A stretch of 34,623 nt of DNA. Source: Andalucia godoyi And28. Its lineage: Eukaryota; Protista; Jakobida. Of this stretch, positions 7,961 through 17,728 are shown piece after piece. The first letter of the stretch is position 1. Every line of letters begins with the position of its first letter. The stretch lies in assembly GCA_009859145.1 (NCBI GenBank), contig VRVR01000035.1:203084-237706 (forward strand). The letters run 5' to 3'. The notes beneath the pieces are model-generated. The model had not been told where the DNA came from. It worked only from the letters and a program-made list of their open reading frames with translations, and ran no database searches. The translations under genes were made by a program, and so were the position numbers.

Positions 7961-9364
7961 ATGTCTGAAGAATTGCCAGTTTTACTAGAAACCCACCATC
8001 TGCTTCGTGGACACGATGGCTGTCCTCTGGATGTTCTTGAGCTCAACCATCCAAGCGTCGGCACCCCCAGCGGTTGGAACCTATCTGTAACCGTTCTTCT
8101 TGGACATTGTCTGTTTGCCGATCGGCGCACATTGTACAAACCTGGCAAGACATGCATGGCCTATACTCTTGCATCTTTTGGATTCCGCGTCATTCTTCCA
8201 AACTTGCGGGGACGTGGAAAATCTGGCTTGCATCCGTCCCAGGGCGGCTTTTGGACCTATGACGACCTGGTTCTCGACATAGGTTCTCTTTTGGATTTCT
8301 GCACATCATCGTTTGCCAACAGTCGAACTGTGATTGTTGGCCACTCATTGTTCGGTCACGCATCGCTAGCCTTTCTGTCTTCGCATCCACAGTACTATGA
8401 GCATGCGTCCTTCCTTGAACGTTCGGTGTCGTCAGCAACCAGGGGCATACAAATCGACTCCCACCTAACCATTCATTCTTCTGCATACGCGGGGAAGTTT
8501 GCACACGAAAAGTTCAATGGAAAAGTCGTGGGCTGCGTAACAATCGCGTCGAACTCGATGCCGTATCGAATCGAACGAGACTGGTACATGTGGTTTCGCA
8601 AGTCACTCACCATCCTGTTTGGATTTCTCGTGTCGTTGGTACTTGGATATGTACCGGCTCGCAAGCTTGGCATGGGAACTTGCGACGAATCCTATGGCTT
8701 TTTCCGAGCACTCGTCGGTTTCATTCTGTGGAATGGCTGGCGCCCACTCCCCCATCTTCGTCCCGCAGCATTCGCCAAGGAGCCGTCCCGGCACGGGTCG
8801 GATCAAAATTTGAAGAAGCACGAGGACCGCGATGTTCAACAGTGTCGTGGTACCGATGCAACGGCTGCTCTGGATGCTAGACCAGCGAAGCCGCGCACGA
8901 ACTTCTGTCCGGGCAAAACTGGGTTTGACGCCGGCCTTTCCAAAATGGCGCTTCCAAGCCTTTGTTGCTCTTCACTGGGCGATGTCATGGAGGGCATTGC
9001 GGACTGCAACATGTTGTTCTCCTCACCGTTACCGCATGTCGACTACCTTGTCCTTACAGGCAACATTCGCGAGAAGGAGGCAGCATCGAATCAGTTGCGG
9101 TACTCGGTTTCTTCCTTGTTTGCTGAGTGGGAAGCACATGCGCGAAAGCGAATCCCCAAGATTTTCTACATACCCAACGGTAGCTCGCTCACGGACCGAA
9201 GCGCTGCCGAGTCTACTGACCAGCTGAATAGTACGAACAGGAAGAAGCCGTCCAAACTTGTGAAAAGCGCTCCATCGCATGTTGGACTTGTAACCGATTG
9301 GCGCAAGTCGGCTGCATCGTGGGGTGTGATTGCATCGTGGATTCGCCAGCTTGCCGATCAGTAG
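7961..9364 (+). CDS. Alpha/beta-fold hydrolase (esterase/lipase-like)
   Basis: First plausible ATG at 7961 (MSEELPV) inside the 506-codon ORF. VLLGHCLFAD (oxyanion region), LASFGFRVILPNLRGRGKS, WTYDDLVLDI, nucleophile elbow VIVGHSLFGH (8339-8356), and C-terminal HVGLV..WxxIASW as candidate catalytic His. Confidence 0.8.
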   Translation: MSEELPVLLETHHLLRGHDGCPLDVLELNHPSVGTPSGWNLSVTVLLGHCLFADRRTLYKPGKTCMAYTLASFGFRVILPNLRGRGKSGLHPSQGGFWTYDDLVLDIGSLLDFCTSSFANSRTVIVGHSLFGHASLAFLSSHPQYYEHASFLERSVSSATRGIQIDSHLTIHSSAYAGKFAHEKFNGKVVGCVTIASNSMPYRIERDWYMWFRKSLTILFGFLVSLVLGYVPARKLGMGTCDESYGFFRALVGFILWNGWRPLPHLRPAAFAKEPSRHGSDQNLKKHEDRDVQQCRGTDATAALDARPAKPRTNFCPGKTGFDAGLSKMALPSLCCSSLGDVMEGIADCNMLFSSPLPHVDYLVLTGNIREKEAASNQLRYSVSSLFAEWEAHARKRIPKIFYIPNGSSLTDRSAAESTDQLNSTNRKKPSKLVKSAPSHVGLVTDWRKSAASWGVIASWIRQLADQ

Positions 9365-9512
9365 TAGCATTCCTGCACATGTACACTTTAATATTTTTAC
9401 AACCACACACAACACAAGACCCGCAAAAAAAAAAAAAAAAGGAAAGCAAAGCACAGAAGAAAACGACCACAAAACATCAGTCTTCTTTTTTTCTCCGTCA
9501 TCCTCTTCATCT

Positions 9513-10358
9513 TTACAACTCTCGTTTGCCCATGAATGGCACTTCATGAGTGCTCACCATAGCGTACATGACGGCAACGGCAGCAGCAAATACGACAAGA
9601 GAGACAAGGTACACTCCCGTCCAGATAGAATCTCTCTTTCTCGCAGCGTCTGACTCGGCGAAGCAGTACATGGAAATCAAACACTCTTCCTCATCCTCCA
9701 GTTCAGAAACACGAGCAGCTGCAATATCCAAGTTCTTCCCGCGGTACCGAAACACCAAATCTTCCATTTTGCACTTTGGAAGCTGGATGCTGCGGTCCAG
9801 CAGCGCCGCCAGAACCAGATCCTTGACGAATGTGGACTGGACAACCGCTGCAAAGTCTCTTATATGATTCTTATCGAGATACAACCGGACATTCCGCTGT
9901 GCACTGTCGTCCTTTTTCATCCGCACAATGAGCACATCTCCTGACTGTACAATTGTCTTCAGTCTCTGTGACTCTCCAATCACGGTGTTGGATGGCTTGT
10001 GTACGACTTCGACCTTGCTCGGGTCGTCGAGCGACAAGCCACCCGCCACCATCCCAGCCGACGGCGATGACGATGAAGAGGGAGAAAGAGTAGGAACAGC
10101 CTTGGTGACTTTCAGAAGCGAGATCAAGTCCGGAGGCGTCAGTTCCGGGAGCAGATTCTTGATTGGAACCGAAGTCTTGTACGGGGGAAACACTATCTCA
10201 ATGTCTAATCCCCCCGACCGCTTAATCGGACATGACCCCATCGAGAACTCGCTGTTCTCCGCTGTTGTGGCCGTTGTGGCTGTTGACGACGATGCCGATC
10301 CAGCTTTTAAATGCGGATTGGAACCATCTGCAGACTTGTAACCGAACGGACACGACAT
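9513..10358 (-). CDS. Tail-anchored membrane protein with two possible ubiquitin-like (beta-grasp) domains and N-terminal Cys-Pro motifs
   Basis: 281-aa ORF from a true ATG (MSCPFGY). Second CP motif in GSCPIK. The beta-alpha-beta pattern ending LVFRYRGKNL resembles UBL/SUMO-like domains. One hydrophobic helix (IWTGVYLVSLVVFAAAVAVMYAMV) lies about 12 aa from the C-terminus. Confidence 0.65.
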   Translation of the reverse strand: MSCPFGYKSADGSNPHLKAGSASSSTATTATTAENSEFSMGSCPIKRSGGLDIEIVFPPYKTSVPIKNLLPELTPPDLISLLKVTKAVPTLSPSSSSSPSAGMVAGGLSLDDPSKVEVVHKPSNTVIGESQRLKTIVQSGDVLIVRMKKDDSAQRNVRLYLDKNHIRDFAAVVQSTFVKDLVLAALLDRSIQLPKCKMEDLVFRYRGKNLDIAAARVSELEDEEECLISMYCFAESDAARKRDSIWTGVYLVSLVVFAAAVAVMYAMVSTHEVPFMGKREL

Positions 10359-10654
10359 TCGTTCTTCTTCGGCAATACCCTTTTAATAAAATATTTAAAA
10401 CAAAAAATATAATAAAAAAGATTTCTCAAAAACAGTAAATCTTACAAGAAGAGAAAAATAAAATGCAATGCAATCAAACAGTCTTATTATGTACACCACC
10501 AGCCTGTCGAATGCGCAAGCCTGCGGCAATACGTGCGTTGCGGGCCGATTTTATTTTTAGGCAAAGCATGATTGATGTCGTCTTACATCAACCTCTCCCA
10601 TAAACGTTGATGCAAAAGCGTTTTATTATATAAGAAAACACAGTATCACCGCAG

Positions 10655-12407
10655 ATGACAGCTGCTGCGAGTTCCGGACTTCCGAGTGCTTGTGCAAGCT
10701 GCGTTTTTGCCGCTCGTGATGCATTGGAATGGATCTGCGATCGAGGAAAAGAAGAAGAAGAAGAAGGTGGAGATGATGAGGATGCACAGGTACGGCCAGT
10801 CTGTAGTGGTGCAGAGAAATGAGACGGCGATTGCGGTTCCAAACGAGTTTGTGATTCAAACTGCGGACGTTGCGATTTCTCATAGCAATGCATCTTCTTC
10901 GTATCTTGTCCTCTGTCTTGCGAATGGCCAAGTGTTTCGATTGCTGATTCCGCTCACACTCGATCCCTCCGATAATATGCATCCCTGCCGTTGTTGTCCG
11001 TGTCTTGAGAAAGTCTCGTTCCAAAACGAGTTTTTCGCGTCACAGTCGTCCGTTTTGCACTCGTTTCGACTTGTGAATCCTCCGTTTTTCCAGCTTTCGT
11101 CCGATTACGGATTCATTGTTACCTCGGAATTTCTGGACTCGAAAACAATGGTTGTGTACAGCTCCAGAAATTCAATCGGCGTTGTGGATCTAGAACCAGG
11201 CAATCCTCTTCCTGTTTCTTGGATATCCGCAGAAGAATCGAAAAAGATTGCGTTTCCCATCGTCTCATTTTCCGTCGTGTCGAGACAAAGTCTGTCGTCA
11301 ATGTGGCTGCGGCTCTTTGCAAATCTTACCGTCCCCAATCCCGTCCGCACTTCCACTTCTTCGGACGCGATTGTGATGATGTTGGATGCAATGGGTCAAC
11401 TGTACATGATGCATATGAATTCAAGGCGCATCGTCCGTTTAGAAACTGCGGATTCTGGCAGAGCGTCGACGCCCGTTGCGCTGGTTCCATTGTCGTTTGT
11501 GCCAGAATTTCTGATCGAGAAGCACATGCTCCCGCAAGACCAGATTCATGTGAACATCATCTCCACAACGGATGCTTCCGTGGTTCGGTCCTTTATTGGC
11601 GTATTTGAAAACGGCAGAATGCTGGTTTTTGTGCCATCGTCCGCCAACATCGTCCATGTCTGTAGCATGCATGCAGACCACTGTCTCCTTCAGGCAGGCG
11701 TGATTGGTTCGCTGCTAGTTTTTCGAACAGCAGATCGTTTGCTGAAGATGCTAGACACAAGCAGCACAGATGGCGTAAGTGGTTCGGATACGCTCGACGT
11801 TTCATTAACGACGTTTCCGCTGAATGAGGACGTGGTGTCCTTTCTCGTGAGGACAGATTCATCACTGCGGGTACTCACAGCGTCTGGGAGAGTCATTGCA
11901 GTGTCCCAGCTGGAAATGCAAAGTCGGATGAACTCGTCTTCGATTCCGTCATTTCGCATTGCACAGATTTTGAACGACATTGAGCAAAGCGAGTCACGCA
12001 GAACTTCTCTTGGAGATGAAACAGCGTCGTGGATCCCTCCTGCGCGTCAGTCGGTGCCTACCAATGTGACAGGAAATGCCTACTTGATGGCAATCCGCGG
12101 AGGCACCGAGGTGCAGAAGCTCGTTTCGTTCTCGGCGACCCACTTGGATTCAAAGCACCAGCAATCACTGCGATTCACACAACGAGTCGACACATCTCGG
12201 GCATCCTTCATCTCGTCAGAACAGATTGCCGTACATGGCACAGACGCGGTGCACGGATTCATTTCTCCGCTCTTGCACCACTCGGAATATCTTCCTGTCC
12301 CCTCCGTCCAAGTCTCGGTCTCCACAGTGTCGAGGATCCACGCTGGGCCGCTTGGCGACATCCCAGTCGTGACTGAAGTCCATTCATCCTCTATTCCTAC
12401 TCTTTGA
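10655..12407 (+). CDS. Beta-propeller-like protein, tentatively FAAP100-like; 5' structure uncertain (proposed join(10655..10789,10815..12407))
   Basis: Long stop-free frame 10686..12407 with repeated hairpin motifs (LCLANGQV, LDAMGQLY, VFENGRML, LTASGRVI), followed by a helical segment. That frame begins with implausible poly-K/MMRMH sequence. An ATG at 10655 in another frame reads MTAAASSGLP...GKEEEEEGGDDEDAQ and joins the long frame if GTACGG...TGCAG (10790..10814) is removed. Confidence 0.55.
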
Positions 12408-12597
12408 ACAGTCATCCGTGCATAAAAAGTAAAATAGTAATCAAAAAATCAAGTACCACCTCCTCCAAAAACGACCCGTTTTCCATTTCTGCATGTTCCT
12501 CCTCTTTCCTTTTGTGGGTCATCTATGTATATTGATGATGCTCCCTTGCTATACAACCGTGTATTTCCTTCTACTTCTGGATTCCTTAGTCAGCTTC

Positions 12598-13308
12598 TCA
12601 ACGGTGAACAACTTCATACACCAGCGGATCGGTGCACTTCACCACGACGCGCGGATTCGCCAACATTTCACGAAATCGCTCGTGCTGGGGCTGCTCGTAA
12701 AAGAATCCCACAACCCTTCGTACATCCTCGACACAGACGCTCTGATCAAACAAAATGCGGTCGACCGGGAACCGTCGCGCAGAAGGTGCACTGTCTTTCC
12801 CGCCGTCGCTCAACTCGTGCATCATCTCAAAATCTCGCAGCTTGGAAGCCCATTTTCCAGTCGGCCGGCTCCAGTCTTTTAGTTGTGCCTTGGTCTTGAG
12901 CTGGCTATGCACTGGATTCGAAGACCCAGCAGCCGATTTCCATTCGTCCAGAAGCCTCTGCGCCTCGGGATCGTTTGCCAATGTCGCGCGAAACACCTGG
13001 TCAAAAAACCGAGGCAGGTTTCGTGAGTCGTACGTGACACTCACAAGACGAACATCATGGCGACTGTCTGCGTCTTCTGGGAGATAAAACGCGACCTTTT
13101 CAGTGTTCTTGGCCTGTTCAGCAACGCAAACATACGTCGACGGATTGTCGAGCTGTGACTTTAGAGAGTTGATCAGGGCAAGGATACGCTGATTGGATGT
13201 CTGTGGATTTGGCTGAAGAGAAGAGGACCCGCAAGAAATGTGGTGAAACCGATCTGGATGGATCCGAGCAATTGTTCGACGAATTAGCGTTTGAAGCGCA
13301 CTTGACAT
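12598..13308 (-). CDS. TCAIM/DUF4460-like protein with a J-domain-like HPD motif
   Basis: ATG 13308: MSSALQTLIRRTIARIHPDRFHH...TSNQRILALINSL, resembling the DUF4460 pattern (V/I)HPDxF...N..SL..LN. The upstream in-frame TTG extension is pyrimidine-rich UTR-like sequence. Confidence 0.55.
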   Translation of the reverse strand: MSSALQTLIRRTIARIHPDRFHHISCGSSSLQPNPQTSNQRILALINSLKSQLDNPSTYVCVAEQAKNTEKVAFYLPEDADSRHDVRLVSVTYDSRNLPRFFDQVFRATLANDPEAQRLLDEWKSAAGSSNPVHSQLKTKAQLKDWSRPTGKWASKLRDFEMMHELSDGGKDSAPSARRFPVDRILFDQSVCVEDVRRVVGFFYEQPQHERFREMLANPRVVVKCTDPLVYEVVHR

Positions 13309-13685
13309 TACAAAGAATTTAAAAAACAAAACAAAAAACAACAACAACAACAACCAAAAGAAACAGGGAAAAACACAGAAAGCAAGCGTAATAAAGGCAC
13401 AAAGAAGACAGAGAGACTTGGAGCGTGGGACGACGATGTGGCGCGAAAAGCTGTGTTGGAGTGTACGGACTGTAAAAAAAGAACCAAACAAAAACGAGCC
13501 TATTTTTGGAAACTAACGTCTGTAGATTCTATTTTAAACATCAGTCAAACAACCGGGCAAATGCCACACTCCAAAAAGCCTCTCTCTCTCAAGGGAAAAG
13601 ACACCCCCCAAACAAGTGTGATCCAAATGAAGAAAACAAAAAGGACGATGAGGCAAAGCATCCCAGCTTTTTTTCTATTCTATCC

Positions 13686-13688
<3 letters not shown>

Positions 13689-13746
<58 letters not shown>
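13689..13746. repeat. (TC)n microsatellite, about 29 units
   Basis: Direct reading. Confidence 0.97.
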
Positions 13747-13752
<6 letters not shown>

Positions 13753-13947
13753 TCTGTTTCTCTCTCTTCCTCTTTCTGTTTCTCCCTCTTCCTCTACCAG
13801 CTCCTTCCTGTCCCTCTCTCAAAACAAAAAAAGAAAAAGAAAGAATCAGGTTCTCCCGTCGCTGTTTCCATCTCCATCGCCTACTCTGCTCTTTTGGATT
13901 ATCGCTGAATGATTTTACCCTACTGCTGTTAGCGGCCGATTGCAATC

Positions 13948-13950
<3 letters not shown>

Positions 13951-13982
<32 letters not shown>
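13951..13982. repeat. (AC)16 microsatellite followed by a short CT run
   Basis: Direct reading. Confidence 0.97.
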
Positions 13983-13985
<3 letters not shown>

Positions 13986-14116
13986 CTCTCTGTGTCCGTC
14001 TCTCTGTCATTGTTCGTCGTCGAAGTCGTCGTTGTTGTTCGTTGTGATTTCCGCTTGCGATTCTCTCACTTACACAGTCACTCTCACTCAGTTTGTCTCT
14101 GTCATTGGATTAGGCA

Positions 14117-15148
14117 ATGCTGAGCTTGTCGATTGATTTGCCCTCGAGAGACAGACCAAGGCCGCGACTTGCACCGTTGCTTCTGAATAGTGGTTCTACT
14201 GCTACAGCCCTGCCGGTCATCCCTGTGAATCCAAGTAGTACCCATGATGCGTCTATTCCTTTTGCATCCGGCGCAACTTCGCTGAGCATATCAAATGATA
14301 ATTGCCTGATAGGCAGCAGTGTGAATAATAATAACAACAACAGCAGCAGCAGTCATACTAGTGGGTTGAGTAGCAGTAGCAGTTTTTACAGCCAAAGCCA
14401 AAGCCAAAGCCAAAGCCAAAGTCATAGCCATAGTCATAGCCATAGTCATAGCCATAGCCATAGCCATAGTCATAGTTGTAGCGGCACAAATGTAGTTCCG
14501 GTTGCTGGTCCGCGTGTCATCCCATTCGCTTTGAACAATACTCCGACGGTGGGGTCGTCGAACCGTGTGATTACGCCTTCCAGGAGCCCGGATTCGATGT
14601 ATCCCAAGTTTTCGCCGAAACTCATCTCGCCAAATAGGCAAGTCTCGACAATGTTAATGTATGCAGATGCGAAGGACCACTCTTGTTCTAGACCATACTG
14701 GGTTCTAGACGGAATTCTCGCTGGGATGCCGATCCCGTGCTGCACAGACGTGCTTGTTGGTCTTAGAAAAGCGGGTGTCCAACTTGTGGTTTCGCTTATT
14801 GAACCCAAGGAGGGAGTCTTCCCGGATGAATGGGTGACTGCAGCTGGCATCTCACAGCTGAAACTGCCGGTCCGTGACTTCACAGTGCCTTCTATGGACC
14901 AAGTACGCGTGTTTCTGGAAGCTTCCAAAAAGGTGGTTGCGCAAGGTTCGGCGGTGTTGGTGCATTGTTTCAGAGGCCTGGGAAGAACAGCCGTGTTCTT
15001 GGCTTGTTTCCTTGTTGTCGAGAGAAAGTACCACCCGGAGCGTGCAATCGAAAAAATCAAAACCGTGCAGCCAGATGCGTTTGCGACTTTGCAACAAGAG
15101 CTTTTCGTATGGGATGTTTGGAAGGAGTTTGTACCCGAAGATGAATAG
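14117..15148 (+). CDS. Dual-specificity protein phosphatase (DUSP23/CDC14/CDKN3-like) with a low-complexity N-terminal extension
   Basis: PTP signature VLVHCFRGLGRT (HCxxGxGR), general-acid loop LPVRDFTVPS, and YWVLDGILAGMPIP similar to the DUSP23 N-terminus. The N-terminal half has poly-N, poly-S and (SQ)5(SH)9. Confidence 0.9.
   Translation: MLSLSIDLPSRDRPRPRLAPLLLNSGSTATALPVIPVNPSSTHDASIPFASGATSLSISNDNCLIGSSVNNNNNNSSSSHTSGLSSSSSFYSQSQSQSQSQSHSHSHSHSHSHSHSHSHSCSGTNVVPVAGPRVIPFALNNTPTVGSSNRVITPSRSPDSMYPKFSPKLISPNRQVSTMLMYADAKDHSCSRPYWVLDGILAGMPIPCCTDVLVGLRKAGVQLVVSLIEPKEGVFPDEWVTAAGISQLKLPVRDFTVPSMDQVRVFLEASKKVVAQGSAVLVHCFRGLGRTAVFLACFLVVERKYHPERAIEKIKTVQPDAFATLQQELFVWDVWKEFVPEDE
14390..14476 (+). 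repeat. Coding hexanucleotide repeat (AGCCAA)5 then (AG[C/T]CAT)9, encoding (SQ)5(SH)9S
   Basis: Direct reading; synonymous AGC/AGT variation among the SH units. Confidence 0.95.
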
Positions 15149-15718
15149 ATGTTTTCTTCGTCGGATGGTTATTCTCGCTATTTTCTCCTTCCTATTTTGG
15201 TGGATATCGCGTTTCGCAATGAACTGCGCTTCCGTGCTCTTCTCGGAACATCCCGCTGATGTCCTCTCCGTTCCCGTCCCCGTTCCCGTCCCCATGTCTA
15301 TATCTGCGGGGTTCTTTTTCCTCCAAATTTTCGAGTGGTCTCGTTGCGTTGAATCCACATCGTGCAGTTTGCCCTCGTAGTCTCTGCTTCTCCCGGTCGG
15401 AGCTGCACACGCTTGCCATTTTCCTTCAAGCGGCTCACGATCGACTTGGTTGTGTTGACAATGGCTTTCAGTAGAGTGTTTCGTTGCCAAGTATTCTATA
15501 GGACGAGCACTTCTTTCAGTCTTCCTGTTCTTCCTCTTTTCCTTTTAGGTGATTGCAAATCACTTCAATTCTAACCTGATCGTGTTGTTCTTGATTATGG
15601 CTTGTCAATCGCGAGAACAATAAACATCTCTTCATACATCGTTTTTTAGTTTTAAAATCAAAAATACTGTGTGTCCGGTTGGTGCCAAGAGCCAAGCGCA
15701 TGAATTTGTCTAGTGGCA

Positions 15719-17692
15719 TCAAACTTCAGAATACATTTGTCCGATCTGGACGGCGTAGTGCTTTCGCAACTTCGGCCGCACCAACTTGAGAGTGGGAGTA
15801 ATGAGGCCTTCGTCCACAGACCATGCTCGCGGTTCAAGATACATCTTCTTTGGGATCTCAAAGCCCAGCAGCTTTGCCCCCTTCGCAGCAGCCATAAGAT
15901 CATCGAAAACCGCACTCTGAACAGACGGATCGCGGCAAGCAGCGTCCACATCCATTCCAGGAAACTTGTCCTTGAACGTTTCCGGATTCGCCACAACGAT
16001 GCAAACAATGAACGCTTGCTCGGCTTCCGCATACACCCAAACGGACTGAACAAGACGAGATGTTGCGAGAGCGGCCTCCACTTTTTCAAGTGCAATGTAT
16101 TCCCCGAGCGCATTCTTCACAATATTTTTCTTGCGATCAATGATTGCAAACGTGCCCGAGTCCGGATAGTAACGACCGACGTCACCGGTATGGAACCATC
16201 CTTCGTTGTCCCAAGCCTCTGCAGTCAACTGAGGAGCCTTGTAGTACCCTTTGGTGACAGTCGGTCCGCGGATGCAAACTTCTCCAGAGGGCTCTGCATC
16301 CGTTGTCAAATACCCCATCTCAGGGATGTCAAGCAATTTGATTTCTGCAGATCGAATGGGCGGCCCAATGCGTCCAACGTGCAAATCCGTTGGATATGAG
16401 ATGGTGCCTCCGGCGGATGTTTCGGTCAGTCCATATCCGATCGACACCGGTGCAATAGCCACACTGATGAATTCCTGGACCTTGGCCCGCAGAGGAGCGC
16501 CGCCTGACAAGAACTGACGGATCCGGCCTCCGAACTTGGCTTTAATCTTGTTGAACAGCAGAGCATCGTACGGGGCGGTTGAGAAGCCTCGATGCATGGC
16601 ATTCTTCTTTGCACCATACAGCAAGTCAAAAACAGTCTTCTTCAAAGGGGACTTGTGCACCTCCTCGTTGATCTTGTCATAAATTCGGTCCAAAATTCGT
16701 GGGACTGCGGCGAACAATGTCGGGCGCAGCGCAGAGACGTCGTGCAAAACCAGCTTCGCATCTCCAGACCAAAATCCAATCGACGCGCCAAGCCCAAACA
16801 GTGCCATCTCTACGGCACGCTCCAGAATATGTGCAAGGGGCAAGTATGACAGATACACATCGTGCTCTCCCAGCGGAAACACGTGTCGAATCGCGCCGCC
16901 AATGATGGCCATGAAGTTTCTGGACGTGAACTGGCAGCCTTTCGGCTCCGATCCCGTGGTTCCCGAGGTGTACATCAGCACAACAAGGTCGTCTTCCGAA
17001 GGCACTGGATGCGGTGCAACAGGCTGTAAGGCACCCTGCGATTCGATTTCTGAGAGTGAGAACAAGCGGCAGTGCGACGGCACGTATCCATACTGTTCGG
17101 GATCGATCGGTTCATACTGGATCATCACTTTCAACACCGACGAGTGCTTTGCGACATTCACGACCTTTTGGAACATGTCCTTTGAAAAGCACAGTGCAGA
17201 AAGCTCCGCATGCTTGGCAATATAGACCGATGATTCTGGTCCCAGAGTATCGTACAGCGCACAAACAACCATTCCTTGCTGGTTTGCAGCTTCGGCAAAC
17301 AGAAGCCATTCCAGTCTGTTCTTCGAATAGATGCCAATGTGCGATCTCGGAGAAATCTGCGCATGGATCATTCCCGAGGCCACGTTCTTCACGCGAGCAT
17401 AAAACTGCTTGTACGAAATCCATTGGTACTCCTCTCCAACTCGAGTTCCGTAAAGCGGCTTGTCGCCATACTTGGCGCACGCATACTCGAAAAGATCGTA
17501 CACAGTCTTCACACCGGGAACGAACTCTTCCACCAGTCCATGCTCGGAAAGCGCATTCCGAAACACATTCCCCGGCATCCGAACAGCCTGCTTTGCCAGA
17601 TTCACTCCTTCCATCGACGGCTTTGCGGCTGCAAACGGCGCCAAAGGAAGTGTCGCAACTCCCAGCACCGTCGAGAGAATCGTCGATGCCAT
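15719..17692 (-). CDS. ACSL: Long-chain fatty acyl-CoA synthetase (ACSL/LACS family)
   Basis: AMP-binding motifs MYTSGTTGSEPKG, YLSYLPLAHILER, SGGAPL, GYGLTET, GWFHTGDVG, IIDRKKNIVK, TPTLKLVR. Intronless, 657 aa. Confidence 0.95.
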   Translation of the reverse strand: MASTILSTVLGVATLPLAPFAAAKPSMEGVNLAKQAVRMPGNVFRNALSEHGLVEEFVPGVKTVYDLFEYACAKYGDKPLYGTRVGEEYQWISYKQFYARVKNVASGMIHAQISPRSHIGIYSKNRLEWLLFAEAANQQGMVVCALYDTLGPESSVYIAKHAELSALCFSKDMFQKVVNVAKHSSVLKVMIQYEPIDPEQYGYVPSHCRLFSLSEIESQGALQPVAPHPVPSEDDLVVLMYTSGTTGSEPKGCQFTSRNFMAIIGGAIRHVFPLGEHDVYLSYLPLAHILERAVEMALFGLGASIGFWSGDAKLVLHDVSALRPTLFAAVPRILDRIYDKINEEVHKSPLKKTVFDLLYGAKKNAMHRGFSTAPYDALLFNKIKAKFGGRIRQFLSGGAPLRAKVQEFISVAIAPVSIGYGLTETSAGGTISYPTDLHVGRIGPPIRSAEIKLLDIPEMGYLTTDAEPSGEVCIRGPTVTKGYYKAPQLTAEAWDNEGWFHTGDVGRYYPDSGTFAIIDRKKNIVKNALGEYIALEKVEAALATSRLVQSVWVYAEAEQAFIVCIVVANPETFKDKFPGMDVDAACRDPSVQSAVFDDLMAAAKGAKLLGFEIPKKMYLEPRAWSVDEGLITPTLKLVRPKLRKHYAVQIGQMYSEV

Positions 17693-17706
17693 TTCAAAAA
17701 ATCAAA

Positions 17707-17728
17707 ACACACACACACACACACACAC
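17707..17728. repeat. (AC)11 microsatellite immediately 5' of the ACSL start codon
   Basis: Direct reading; about 15 nt from the ATG at 17692. Confidence 0.95.

Noticed and set aside
15149-15718. Possible small minus-strand gene between the phosphatase and ACSL (GTGTGT / GDGNGDGNG repeat ORFs)
   Set aside because: The overlapping ORFs lack a convincing ATG or family motif, and the repeat (CCCGTT/CCCGTC) explains the low-complexity peptides. Probably 3' UTRs, though the gap is long for this genome.
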